A DNA stretch of 64,000 nt from Diadema antillarum. Its lineage: Eukaryota. The DNA is taken from contig NW_027270913.1 in assembly GCF_040938485.1 (NCBI RefSeq), positions 2,046,001 through 2,110,000 of the forward strand, in the 5' to 3' direction. The translations under genes were made by a program, and so were the position numbers. The notes under the pieces are model-generated. The model did no database searches. It had not been told where the DNA came from and saw only the letters and a program-made list of their open reading frames with translations. Positions 1-13,371 of the stretch are shown piece after piece (positions within the stretch are counted from its first letter, which is position 1; each line of letters opens with the position of its first letter).

Positions 1-223
1 AGTTGTCCAGCCCTTGCGCGTGGCAGCCGCCGTTCTCGATGACATCTTCCGGTTTTCTTCGAGAGCGTCTCAAGGTGGGCGTAGTACCAGGAGATGGGAT
101 GTAGTCTGATTTTGTTGTGGGTAACGGGGACGGCAGGACCGGCTGTTTAAAGTCGCCGCTCTTACTCCTGCTGGCCTGAGAGTCTTCAACTCCGGAAAGC
201 GATTCATTACCCCGGATGAACAT
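1..223 (-). CDS. Partial ORF running off the left edge; probable N-terminal cytoplasmic tail of another SLC35G-like paralogue
   Basis: ATG at 223 opens a stop-free frame to position 1 (MFIRGNESLSGVEDSQASRSKSGDFKQPVLPSPLPTTKSDYIPSPGTTPTLRRSRRKPEDVIENGGCHAQGLDN). GC is higher than the flank and a T-rich tract plus CTGCAG acceptor lies 10 nt upstream. It is on the same strand as the cluster and ends in GLDN, like the GLDNEAF motif of paralogue C2. No TM domain is visible inside the window. Confidence 0.5.
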   Translation of the reverse strand, partial: MFIRGNESLSGVEDSQASRSKSGDFKQPVLPSPLPTTKSDYIPSPGTTPTLRRSRRKPEDVIENGGCHAQGLDN

Positions 224-904
224 ACTTTATCTCCTGCAGACAACGATAACGACAATAAGACAGATCATAGTCAATGACATGCGTTTTGTCTTTAGTCAAT
301 TTGTATCTGATGATAACACAAGCAAACATAAATTATATAATGAGACATCAAAAATCACAGTAAAGCTTGAAGTAGAGGATTTTGCATTTAAGGAATCCAG
401 TCGATAAACTCTGTGCTGCGTTTATTTGATTTTCACTTTTGATTTATTTCGGTGACTTTTGTTGTTGTTTTTTGGAGAAGAAGAAGAATACAATGTACAA
501 ACGAAAAGAGAGCAAATACACAGCTTATGGTGAAATGACATTCTCTGAGGAAAATCATATTTAACAAACGAATTCAATTAATAGTTAAAATACAAAATGC
601 AACAGAACGTTGAATTTTCTTTTACATGACATCTTACAATCACCATACTTTAATAATGATTCTTGATGAGGTGACAGCCGTTTCATGAAAAAAGGGGTCG
701 CAAGTGCGGGGGGGGGGGGGGAGGGAGGAATCACGAATAGTTTGATTTGATTCTACTTACTAATGAAATATGATTATGCTCAAAGGGATCATAAATAACC
801 ATAGCTCTACATTTCTGTTATAAGTATTTGTACTACATTATATTTCAATACATACTTTTATAACTATGAATATCATTAATATCATGAATATCAATAGCAA
901 TATC

Positions 905-1640
905 TATTTATCATCATTAACTGTACCTTTCTTTCAAAAGGTTTTAAAAGGAGTGAGAATTACTTCAGATGATTAGGAAGAGCATTCCATACGTCAGATC
1001 CACAGTGTCTTTAGGACTTGTGAGCTAACAGAATTCTCGGTTTATCGACATGATCTAAATGAATGTTATTGCAGGTACAGATTGGATATTAATGAACTTT
1101 TTAATTTTGTTAAAGCATGAGGTAGCAGAATCTTTGTACACTTCAACATAAATCTTACCGTTTGAAAATCATTGATATCATCTAATCTGATCATGTGAAT
1201 CGGTTAAATAAAGGATCAATGTATTTTAAAGGTAGAATTCATACAGCCTTCTTCTTGTACAATTAAATCGTTTTAATTTGGATTTAACACAATTTACCCA
1301 TATGTAAGATTACAGATAAAGTATGTGAGGTAGGGTTACAGTAGAGTGTTAAGGCATTAAACGAATTTTTGAGACAGAAGTGTTTTATCCTATTGCATGG
1401 AATTCAAATTCCTTCAGCCAATTTTGAAGATATATTAGCTGTATGATAATTCCACCTTAAATAATTGTCAATCATTACTCCTAATTTTTATCTAAAAATG
1501 AATTTTCAATCTTTATTATCATAATCAATTTGCTGATTGACATTGGAGTGTGCAGTTTTTATGCATCATTAAATTTACCAATATTTAGCGATAGTTTATT
1601 ACATTTCAACAAATTTGCCAACCAAGACATGCAAGATTTT
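905..1640 (-). mobile_element. Degraded CR1/L2-group LINE ORF2 3' fragment
   Basis: Broken frames give NKLSLNIGK, LGVMIDNYLRWNYHTANISSKL, KKAV*I..IDPLFNRF, and KPRILLAHKS*RHCGSDVWNALPNHLK. These are colinear with the C-terminus of the LINE ORF2 at 38887-40443, with many stops and frameshifts. Confidence 0.8.
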
Positions 1641-4019
1641 GTTACAATTCAGTACATTTTTTTTTCAGTCTCGAAACGTTGCTAAACCTTGCCTTTAAAC
1701 ATTACCCAACATTACCTAATGAAGGCCATCAACAGTGAAACAGACTTCGGGGCCAATCCCGATGTACACTTCCTATCGCAGATTACTTACTGTCATCTTA
1801 TCATAGTGTTAAGATTACAAAGAATCCCTGATTACTAGTCTCTACTCAGCGACACAGCCTTTGACCAGGGAGATGTTACATAGTGGAAGCAATTTGTGCA
1901 AATTTATGCGTAGGTTGGCTAGCATTTCACTGGCTTTGATGTCCCATGCTCCAATCCACTCCTCCATTGAGATTGGATGTGGAGACCAATGAAGTGGTTC
2001 TTGATGATCAAAAAAATATATATAAGTCGTATTGAAGAGAAAAATTAAATGTTTAAATCCTGTATGGAATATGATGGAGATGATATCGATGAAAAAAATA
2101 TACATCTTCAATCTCATTTTTACAAATGCCCCAGGACTAAAGAAAAATAACTACAAAACAAGAATATTAGTAGCCTCTCAACAACAAAAAAAGAAAGAAA
2201 GAAAAAAGGTATACATTTAACCATCGTGAGAACAATTGTGCGCAAACTTGATCGCCAGGTTTTAACACTTGAATATCATTTCTTTTTAAATTAAGTAATT
2301 GTCTAATGTGATGTCGACGCACTTAGTCAGACAGTAACATTTTACATCCAAAGAAGTACATTTTTAAATTTTTTTATCCTGTCCTTTACATATTAATATT
2401 TGCTACCGAAAATATTACGAGACTATAAATATATGAACTGCTGCTCGCTATAGATTTGTCGTGATTCGGGAATGATGCATATTTGAACAGAAGGGATCTG
2501 TTTTATCAATGCAATGTATTGTCACCTGCGATTTAAAGCTGATAATCTCCGCGACAAAAAGGAGAATAGAGAGATTCTGGTTTCTTCTCCTCCGATTACA
2601 TTTTCCTCCATTGACATATTGACCATTGACGTATACTGCTATCCATACTTTTATTCATAAAAAAATAACAGCTATTTGAATACTCTGGAATAAGACTGAA
2701 TGTATGTTTGAACGAAAATCAAATCTCAACAAAACCCTATGCATCGACTTTTTCCTTACAGCACCAAGTCCCGAGGCTAGTTGCTGTAAAAATGATCATC
2801 CTGCCGTCATTAAACTCCCACCTCAAAATGTCACTTTGTGTCTGACACTGGAAAAAGACTGGAAGGAACTTACGAAATTTGTTAAGTCTTCACTTGATCG
2901 CGGACAGAACTCTATAAAGCTTTACAAAGTTGAAAGAGAGAAGCAAGAATTCAAATCGTGTCAAATGTGTGCCAATTTAAGAAAAAAAAACGTTTTAGAA
3001 TTATTGTTTTAGAATTTGTTTTGAAAATGCAACTGCAACTGCACACAAGCAATTACGTATCAACATCAGCAAGGATCAGAGGGCTAATGACATAATAGAA
3101 ATTGTTTTTTTTTCACTTGTCTCACGATGGATTATAAAACTACATCATAAAGAACAAATCACAGAAATATGGTTTCTGAGTGAATGGGTTGATTATTCAA
3201 AGGTTATAGGACCATGGTTGTCTCCATCTTCAAACTGTCTCCGTGTGTTTTTATATTCTTCAATTGGTAGGGCAAATATCGCCCTGAATTGTGCAGTGAA
3301 TGTCAACATACAACTTAAACATCACAGAACTTCACAAATACCGCTGAATAATTCTGTCTGCGGAATCAAGTGTACATTCAGTCAACTTCGTGTTTAAAGT
3401 AAACGCTTTCGCTCATTGTCGATGCAGCACATGTTCAGAAGGAATTGCCATTAGGCCCTACTGGATGACAACATCAATTCGAAAAAAAAAAAGTTCCGCG
3501 AAAGAAACTGTACATTTACAGCTGCTGCTTACCACACGGTTCACCTGTTTATAAGGTATATACTCTGACATGGGATATGCTGGGTCAATGCGATATGATA
3601 ATCAAATTGATCCCATTTAAGAAAAGGCATGTTAGTGACCATTACTTTATGTTTATTTGCAGCGATATCATAAGTATTGAGGTTTTTTGTTAGTTGCTAT
3701 GATATCATGTTTTCTTATGTTTTATAAGCCTATAACTGATGGAACCGAACATACAACTGCAGATGTGATTCCAGCAGTGTTCACTATCTGCAAGATTTGA
3801 CAATTCCTATTCTCAGAATACTAAAAAGATTCGAAGATTCAAGGTTTGATTCAAACATTGATAGAACACGACTAGGTTAATTCTTATTTCATACTACATG
3901 CAAAGGTATCATGCCTACATGTTTTAAAAGAGTTATAGATGTAATATTAAAACATTGCGCGCAAATCTTGTTTCGATTGAATTTTCAACGAATTGTTCAT
4001 TGGTGTGTATATCTCTACC

Positions 4020-4170
4020 TATCTCTTTCTTCTTTTTCAACCTTCTTATGTACAATTATGACTATGATGTATGCTATTCTTTTCATAATTACGTCCCTCT
4101 GCGCCTCAGAATAGGATACTAGATCGAAGGCGCATTACAAATGCTGTACTTATTATTATTATTATTATTA
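4020..4170 (+). mobile_element. Probable LINE/SINE 3' end with (ATT)n tail
   Basis: GCGCCTCAG...GGCGCATTACAAATGCTGTACTT followed by (ATT)n resembles the typical L2/CR1-type 3' terminus. Confidence 0.45.
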
Positions 4171-4541
4171 AATAACAAAGTAGGCCATATTTTATTCAGT
4201 AGGTCCTATGAATGTGGCTCGAATTGTCCGCGCATTTAAAAGATCCTAAAACCGTAGTGTGATTACTATAACCTTAGAACATCACATAACATTTCCGTCA
4301 TTTTTGACATAGACTAAAAAAAAATACGGCCGGAAAAGGGGTGTGGGTGGAAAATCATTCAAATATCCATCTGTGCAACTATAGAGCTTATATACCTTTC
4401 GCATATAGACAGGAAATTTCGTGTTTTTCACTTTTGGGAATATGTTCAAAGAGGAAATGACAGGGAATGAATAAAGCAATTACTTGTTGTTGTTTTTTAT
4501 GTTCTGTTATATGTTGGCAGATGTAATGATAAAAGAGTCAG

Positions 4542-4709
4542 GGGCCCTGTTTCATAAAGTTGTTCGTAAAGTTACGAACGACTTACGAACGACTGGTGAT
4601 CAGTTCTTATGTGCTAGCTTGTCAGAATTTCAATAATTCAGCACAAGAACTGATCACCAGTCGGTCGTAAGTCGTTCGTAACTTTAGGAACAGCTTTTTG
4701 AAACATCCC
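4542..4709. mobile_element. Short palindromic MITE, Harbinger-like, CAG target-site duplication
   Basis: Long inverted arms (GGGCCCTGTTTCATAAAGTTGTTCGTAAAGTTACGAACGACTTACGAACGACTGGTGATCAGTTCTT and its imperfect reverse complement). CAG at 4539-4541 and 4710-4712. Confidence 0.75.
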
Positions 4710-6900
4710 CAGGGAGTGGTATCTCTGAGGAAGAGGAAGTGAAGAAGAAATATAAAAAGATAAAGAGCTATTGCGTAAGAGATTAGCTTATGAAACCACT
4801 GGCAACATTCCTAGTTTTGTAAATCAACATCATTACACGTCGGGCTTGCACCTCATGAGCCTGAACACGTGCTTTGTCTTTATTTTCAAACCAAATTAAA
4901 ATATTCATATTTGTCAAGAGGAATCATTAGCCACAATTAGGTAACGAGCATAATATACACAACATTTCATGAAATCGAAAGGAAGTACGTAACAGCCATA
5001 ATTCTGCAATAACATTGTAATATATTCTATAATACTAGTAGTATAATAAGCTAAATAATTGTGTCGATTTATGATCTCCTGAACATCACATTTTTCATGT
5101 TTATCTAAATACGTCACAATGCATTCTATAATTTTTCTGCTGTTTTTCTGACTTTACGCTTACAAAAAAAACTCTCAAAGTAAGAATGTGTAGATAATAT
5201 CATCTGACAATCACTGCTGAAGTACTAATTTGACTAACAAAAAAAAAGCAATAACATTGGAATGTATTCATATCTTCCCTCAGACTGTGTATAATTTCCA
5301 TATTTCCATGTTCCTGTTCAAATCAAATTAAATCAAAATTAAGAAAAGGCATTGCACGGAAACAGACAAAATATAGGGGTAGCTAGGCCAGTGGATTCCA
5401 TTGTCTTTTGTTTATTATATTAGTTCAGTTCAGTTCATTTATTTTCATTCTCATTTTTTCCAACAAAACATAACACAGAATAAATCAGGAATTATATCAT
5501 ATGCATTATGTACATTAGAATGTGCGAATCGAAAATTAACAAATAGAGGTATACATATCGGCAAAATACTAAATTATGTTTGAAGGGGGAAAAGGAGAAC
5601 TGAGAGGTTCACTACGAAAAAAAAGCAATGCTTGTATATTGTGAACCACTCAAGTGTTTCTTTAGAATTACTTACTGTAATTACAAATACTTAACACGAA
5701 AATGATCAATTAATTGATTAATCAATTAACACGAGAATAATTAATCAAAATGAAATAATTATTAGTATACTCTACCAGTAATTGGCAGCTTATGTCACTG
5801 GCAGAATCATGGTTTGGAAGTTGTTTTTTTGTGTGTGCGTACGTGAACATATCCAATTCATCTGAAAAACATAGTATAAAAAATTGAAATATAACACATG
5901 TTTTAAAATTTTAAAGTCATATAATTGATGATAAGGGCATTATGACCTGAACCAAGTCAATTTTTCTCAATTTACAACACAATTTTTGTAATCTAGTTAA
6001 TTCAATTTAGCAAATTAAACGACGTAAAGACTTGATTGATAACAGCGTAGACATAATGTTTAAAGTCTTATAAAACGACTCACCCAACGTTCAAAGACGG
6101 TACAGATGAGCTAGAATCTGGCTTTCGATATAAAGACACCGATTCCACCTATGCCCACCTGCCAACTGTTATATACTGACAACAACAACGCGGAATATCA
6201 TCTTGGTTTTCAAATTTATGTGTTAATGAAACGACTTACCTTTTGTTGATATCAGACAACATTAACAAATTAATACTGCGTCAATCCACAATGATAAAGT
6301 CAATGCTTTGTAGTTTCTCCTTACCGTGCTGCAAGCGACGTCAAAAGAATGGGATTGGAAATAAAATGATCCACACAGTTCCTACGTCGCTTTAGACGCA
6401 ACACATCAGCTGCTTTTCAACAAGAGTGATGGTCTCCCCTCACTATAAAGCTGTCTTTTTCAAGTAGTACGGAGAACACTTTCACACTCTGTACACTCAT
6501 TAACAATCGCGTGTGTGTTGTCCACCTTTACAGCGAGATGAAAATAAGTTATGACCATTGTAGCGGAATGGCTACTGTCACACACACGAAGCCAGATGAC
6601 ATGAAGGGACACTTAAATCTGACGGACTGTCATTGTGTATCTAACTGATTGAACTTTGCACTCCCGTTAGCTTTGGTTCATCCAGTGCCTCGTGCACTAA
6701 CACGCTTTCATGATAGATATCATGTTTCTGTTTTTAATGTTGTTTTGTCAATTTTTATTGTCTGTAACTCACTTGTTCATATTGTCTCTCACTATACGAG
6801 ACATTTCAATTCTACAATTTCAGTTTATAGAGAAAATGTCATTGGAGCGTGTGAAAATGTGAGTGGACAAGCTTCTATGTATGGTTGCATGTGTGTGCGT

Positions 6901-6905
<5 letters not shown>

Positions 6906-6971
<66 letters not shown>
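6906..6971. repeat. (TG)n microsatellite
   Basis: Uninterrupted TG run of about 33 units. Confidence 0.98.
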
Positions 6972-6973
<2 letters not shown>

Positions 6974-7635
6974 GCATACTGGGTAGATATCCCTAAGATA
7001 AGAGATATCACGAAGTTTGATGTAACACAATATCAACTAACATGGGACTCACTTTGGACAATAAGACATGACCACTTAATCATCCAGCCAGGTAGAATGA
7101 ACAACCCGGGTTTGCTTGGGATAGGATGAAAGGTCGTCTTTGGATTGCTTCTACACACATGCAGTGACTCAGGTCTTTTTGAACTCGAGGGACCAAAAAA
7201 AAAACAGCAACAACAACAACAAAACACTTCCGGAGTCTGAAACGCTGCTATAAGAAGTAGTACTATACAACAAGGCCTTCCGTTTGCAGCGAACATCACG
7301 TTATCAAAAAAGAAGGGGAAAAAAAAAAAGAATGACGAGTGGTTATTGATCATGCTTTCATCTTCTACTGCATTTGACATTTTTCTCATTGTCGCTTTTT
7401 GCTGGCACCAGCATGTAGACCAAGCCGACATTGACTGTGCATGCTTTTCCTGCGACATATCCAACGTCTCTCAAAGGTGTATATCAAACGTAAAATGACG
7501 CTGCATACAGGTCTCATGTATGTTAGTCAGGAAGCAAGCCTTAGTGGTAGGGCGAAAACTTAGCATATTGCAGTGCGAATTGTCACTGCATAAATTATGA
7601 CATGCAGCAAGAAAAGATAAAAGATGTACCGTTAA

Positions 7636-8021
7636 AGGGGTAGTATAGTATTGGTGGAGATGAGAAATGGACTTTTAACTTTTTGCGATATATCAAGAAA
7701 CCACTTGTTAAAATAGTCCAGAGCATATGCCATTCTAAAGGGGAATTCAAAGTTTATTTGATGAAAATCGGTTTTGGAATGGCCGAGACATCTAAAAACA
7801 AAGTAAAACAAAGCAGTCGGAATAAAAGATGGGTCCCAGCTTTTATTAGTATTACTCTGTTTTGGGTGTCTAAGCCATTTACAAACCAATTTTCATCAAA
7901 TAAACGTTGAATTTTTATTGGAATTACATGCTCCTTTATATTTTCATAAGAGGTTTCTCGTAACCTCACCCCAAAATGTTATAGGCTTGATGTTAGGTAT
8001 CCATAAAAACTATACGATCCT
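7636..8021. mobile_element. Kolobok-like MITE, diverged copy
   Basis: TTAA|AGGGGTAGTATAG at the left end and degenerate CTATACGATCCT at the right end. The internal sequence is similar to the 10995-11378 copy. Confidence 0.7.
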
Positions 8022-8196
8022 TTTTTTTTTTCCTCTGGAGGCGTACACACACAGTCAGTTATAAATTATTGCATCGTACTGTATCACATGCACTGTTTTT
8101 TTTTTCTTCTTCTTTTGTGATGGTAATTTTGGTTTTGCATTGTCTTAATGTTATTTTGTTTTTTAGTCTTTTTGTGCGCTCAGAAACACCAGTATA

Positions 8197-8374
8197 NNNN
8201 NNNNNNNNNNNNNNNNNNNNNNNNNNNNNNNNNNNNNNNNNNNNNNNNNNNNNNNNNNNNNNNNNNNNNNNNNNNNNNNNNNNNNNNNNNNNNNNNNNNN
8301 NNNNNNNNNNNNNNNNNNNNNNNNNNNNNNNNNNNNNNNNNNNNNNNNNNNNNNNNNNNNNNNNNNNNNNNNNN
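8197..8374. other. Assembly gap (178 N)
   Basis: Run of N. Confidence 1.
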
Positions 8375-8461
8375 TAACGAGGAAACACTTAATACAAGCC
8401 CCACCTGTACTTTTCCATTTTATGGAGGCAAGGGCCTAAACAAATTGAGCTGAGATCTAAC

Positions 8462-10180
8462 GGGGGCATCCCACGAGACCGACACCCACGAGTCATACGG
8501 TCCTCGAGACCGACATCAATAATAGGTCCATGAGTCACACAGCCCACGAGTTATACGGCTCAGGAGTCATACAGCCCATGAGTTCGACACTACGCACAAC
8601 AGGCTCATGAGAGCGACACCAAGCAAACATAGCCCACGAGACCGACACTAAGCAATAAAGGCTCATGAGACCGACACTAAGCAAAGAAAGCCCACGAGGC
8701 CGACAATAAGCTAAAAAGGCTCACGAGACCGACACTAAGCAAAGGAAGCCCACGGGACCGACAGTAGGCAAAGAAGGCCCCCGAGACCGACAGGATAAAC
8801 AGCGCCATCTACATGTCAATCACCTGTGCAGGGTGTTCCATGAACGGAAAAATAACATACTGGCGGGTGTAATTTCGTAACGCTATCAACTGAAGGATGG
8901 TGACCATTTACATAATTATTAACGTCATCAAATATGTATTTCTACATACTTCTGGGGAGGGGGGGGGGGACAAGTGTGTCAGGGAGCGACATTGTTATCA
9001 AGTAGAAAAATTGAATTGTATTCTTCATGCCACCGCTCCCTCCCCCTCCCCAAAAAATAGAAGAATTAGTATTCTTCACCCCCCCCCAAAAAAAAAGAGA
9101 CAAAAACACAAATGAATTTAACAGAGGACAATAACGATGTATGAATTAATATTAGAGCATTGATAATGCCATCGTGCTATTTTTTAAAGGCTTTCCCAAT
9201 TTTTAGCTAGAAGATGGACAGGATATAATTTTTACCTATTCTCTTTCCCGATTCACTAGTTACTTATTCTATTTTAGATTTTCTACCCTCCTGCTTGGAA
9301 GTTTTGCAGTAAGATCTATTTGTAATTTTCTCTGTAACTGTAATGTAATGCTACTAATTAAAACGTTTTATATCGCAGGGACTCACCTCAATTTGTGGCT
9401 TGTGTTATTCTCCTCCAAACAGTACATTTTTTTTCGTGAAATACAATAGCTGTTTTCAATGATGCATCTAATTTTTCCCGAATCCCTTACGCTACCTTAA
9501 TAGACGATTACGTTATTTTTTTATTTCTAATTAATACTAATTCAACACCCTCGCAGGTTTACTATGGAAAGATCTGTTACACACTTTTACTGTACTTTGT
9601 TCATTTTTTTTCACAAACAAACACCCATGCAAACACAATTAAAGATCCTGATCATTTCAGGGGGGGGGGGGGGGGGCAACTGATGGGGTTACACCCTGCC
9701 GGAGATGGCAACTCTTCTTTTCCATCTCTCATATCTGCCTATGCTATTATCAGGACATCCCATACAATTTATTGGTCTATAGGTGGCGCTGTTCATCCTG
9801 TCGGTCTCGTGGGCCTTCTTTGCTTAGTGTCGGTCTCGTGAACCTCTTTTGCGTAATGTCGGTCTCGTGAGCCTTGTATGCGTAGCGTCGGTCTCGTGGA
9901 CCTTTTAAGTGTAGTGTCGGTCTCGTGGGCTTGGTTTGCTTACTGTCGGTCTCGTGAGCCTTTTGTGCGTAGTGTCGGTCTCGTGAGTCGTATAACTCCT
10001 GGGCTTATTTTACTTGATGTCGAACTCGTGGGCTTTATTTACTTAGTGTCGAACTCGTGGGCTGTATAACTGGTGGGCTGTATGACTTGTGAGCTGTATG
10101 ACTCGTGGGCTGTATGACTTGTGAGCTGTATAACTTGTGGGATGTATGACTCGTGGGTGTCGGTCTCGTGACGTGCACCC
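8462..10180. mobile_element. Foldback-like non-autonomous element with long modular inverted repeats
   Basis: Left arm (about 8462-8812) and right arm (about 9779-10180) are inverted arrays of roughly 29-30 nt units (CACGAGACCGACACTAAGCAAAGAAAGCC) and roughly 15 nt units (CACGAGTCATACAGCC). Termini are GGG..CCC, the core is about 970 bp and non-coding, and no clean TSD is seen. Confidence 0.8.
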
Positions 10181-10994
10181 TTTTTATTACCCACACGCTG
10201 TACTTTAGAAACAGTTCAAACGCTCTTAGCTATTGCCTCGGCCGTGGTAGACTGCTCCGGCGGTACCTTGTGTGGATAATTTTTAATAATGCCCTCACTG
10301 ATCTGTAGAATTTACTTTGTGTAATAGAAGATTATGCTTTTCAGAAGTCGATCAATAGGCCAGCTTGCCTAATGACGTCAGAGGGGATTAATCGAACTTG
10401 AGTAATTGATGTTTTGCTGCGGTATTTTCGATTTTTAAGTGAGAGTACCCCCACACCATCGACACAGAAATCAAACTGCCGGGTTATATTTTGTCCTTGT
10501 ACCAATTACAGTGGATGCTCAGTTAATGCATACCCGATTTGTAAAGTCACAAAAGTTCTTGGAATATTGCACACTTCGATCAACAGTTACAAATTTGTAT
10601 TTCAGTTTTCGTCAAATTCGTGTGCTGTTCTTTGTATCAATCCATGATATCACGCTATATGATAACGAACTGATACAGGGAATTTCGCGTAACTCCATTA
10701 CATTTATACATATACATATATATAAATTCATACGTATATCCACATAAAGATAATAAAGGCAGCACAGGTCTACACAATAGCAATGATACCACATGAACAG
10801 TGCATAATCTCGAGTACACTTTAATAGGCTGTTTCACGATAATTGCAATGATCCCTCAAGATGCATTTCATTACCCGTACAAGCCGAAGGCTTCGGTAAA
10901 ATAGAATTAATTATGTATCAGGGTTGATTTGGCAGTTATAGAGTTTCTAGTTTTTAGAGTGGTACAGCTTGGCAGGGTCTAGTGCTGACATTAA

Positions 10995-11378
10995 AGGGTG
11001 TGTACAGTTCTGGTCGAGGTGAGGATTTAGCTTTTAACGTTTTGCGAGATATTCAGAAACCACTCTATGACATGTCAAAGAGCATGCAGTTCTAAGGGGT
11101 ATCAAAAGTTTATTCTATGAAAATCGGTTTTGAAATGGCTGAGATATCCAAAAAACAAGGTAAAACGAAGAGATCCTAATAAAGTTGTGGCATGTCGCCT
11201 TTTATTATTATCATTTTTTTTGATATCTCAGCCATTTGAAAACCAATTTTCATCAAATAAACGTTAAATCCTTCTTAAGATTACATGCTCTTTCATATTT
11301 CATAAGAGGCTTTTCATTACCTCACTTAGGAATGTTCAAAACATAAACCCCCACCTCAACCAGTACTGTACAGTCCCT
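10995..11378. mobile_element. Kolobok-like MITE (384 bp), TTAA TSD
   Basis: TTAA|AGGGTGTGTACAGTTCTGGTCGAGGTG ... CACCTCAACCAGTACTGTACAGTCCCT|TTAA. AG..CT termini with a TTAA duplication fit Kolobok. Confidence 0.85.
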
Positions 11379-13371
11379 TTAAGACCGTCGATTTTCAATG
11401 CAGCCAAAACATGATTATAGTGTATGAACATGCACTCTGACGACTCTGAGTGTTTTATTGACACTTGAACGCGAATGAAATAAAACCTGCGTCGCCTACT
11501 CATGGTGACGGTGCATGGACTTTCAACTCTATGATAAACAGCACAATCTCGTTAACGTGTCATAATTGACAGAGCGTATTTGCCAAACGGGTGTAATTGT
11601 TTCTGATTAAACAATTTCCATTTTTATTTATGCCTTGTTCTCCACGTCTTTATGTTTTAATGCCAATTAGCGGAAGCTTATGGAGCCATTACTTTATCAT
11701 CGCGAATTGTATCAGTCAAGTTTGTTTTCTTTTACGCTTGGCAGGTCGCTTATAAGTTTCTACACACTAATCCACAATTTCTATGTACTCAAACAATACG
11801 TACATTGCATGGATATGTCATCAAGTGTAGGGCTATACGTGCCCTCTCGATAGAGTGTTTGGATATCATTTTCTTTTTGTAACGCAGAATCATATAGAAC
11901 ACATGTACGCGGTCAGATTTGAAAGCAAGATTTCTCATTGGGACATGATATTCAAATTTTTTCTAATTTCATGTTTTTTTTTCTGATTATTTCTGACTAT
12001 AAGAATGACAAAATCGTGTCAAATTCCTCTTGTTTGAGAAATTCAAACAAGCAAGTCAGTGTCGATGCTAATCATGATGCTCACAGGACCTTTGTTGTCC
12101 AAAACGCATGGTACCCTCAACATCACTTATGTGGCGAAACGAATATCTTTTTGTTGTCGTTGTTCTCCTTTTTTTTTTGTCAGATTAACTAGATGCGCCC
12201 TCCAAAACAAAAACAAACGCAAAAACAAACCTTCCAAGCCAATTTTCTGCTTTTGACCTCATCTGTCAATCATTGCTAAGGTACTGGTAAAATTAACAAA
12301 AGACATTGGAATGCACCTTCCCTGAGACCGAACATAGCTTGCACGTTCCCCTGCAATGTCTTTTGTTAAGGATATTAGTACTTTAGCAATGATTCACAGA
12401 TGAGATCACGAAACAGAATACTGGTTTTTGAAGGGTTTGTTTGAGGGCGTATATCCAAGTAATCTAAAGAAAAATAGTATAAAAATATTATGAAATAATA
12501 TATGTAACGTACGTAGAAATTTGTCTCGCAACATAAGTGATGTTGAAGATATCAAGAATCAACACAAATCACAACATGCACTTACATCACATAGGCCCGT
12601 TGATTTCTATTCATTCAACATGTATATATATTACATCCCTAATTCATTACACCATTTAACTACATTATATCCGCTTTCGATGACTGCTTTCAGGCAGAGA
12701 CTATACAGTGATGGCTGCAAGTTCGTGGTGACTTTAATATGGCGCGAAAATCGTACACTTACATTTGTATGAACAACTGCGAGCAGGACAAGGTAGCAAA
12801 CTGACGTGTCATTTGTAATTAGTGCACCAGTTGGAATAACATATCTTTCTCTACAAATAGGAATAAATACCAGACCTCTTAGATCGCACTGGCCATGTCT
12901 ACGTACAGGATATGATAACGCAATACGTTGAGAGTTACTGCATGCCTACAAAACATCTTCCCCAGCATAGGTTTTTAAGGATCCCTTGTCGAAGAAATGT
13001 AGGCAAGATTACTTCCGTGTTTGCCATTGTCGTGATCGTGTTGCGTGAACATTGACCATCGTTACCATGCTTCTCTATAATGTGATACGATGTCTGTAAA
13101 CAAAACCTGCATTGTTTTCCTAATCTTTGTTGTGAATATTTAGAAAATGAAATCTAAATCTATGCAACATAAGTCAAAACCAACACATGAGATTACGATT
13201 ACCAATCGTAGACCTATTTGGTCGTTTCACGTGAGGTAATTAGAATCGTTTCACGTTGATGTTGAAATGGCACTATCTCAATGTGCGTCAACACGACTGC
13301 CGTGACTTCGTACATGGTTGTACGAGTATCTCTTTATTCATAAGGCAGGAATATGAGTTATGAATTTGAAC

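Noticed and set aside
6649-7129. ORFs with CVCVCV / THTHTH runs (also at 32352, 51059, 60761-61155, and Ile/Leu-rich ORFs at 34796 and 56546-56981)
   Set aside because: Translations of microsatellites.
8059-8453. ORFs spanning X residues (also 30931-31218)
   Set aside because: Artefacts of N gaps.
8462-10180. CRISPR-like look of a constant 14-nt core with variable 15-nt linkers
   Set aside because: The linkers are related to each other, the arrays are mirrored as inverted arms, there are no cas genes and the context is eukaryotic; this is a transposon TIR structure.
10373-10380. Isolated CRE palindrome TGACGTCA
   Set aside because: A single 8-mer is expected by chance in 64 kb and is not linked to a supported promoter.
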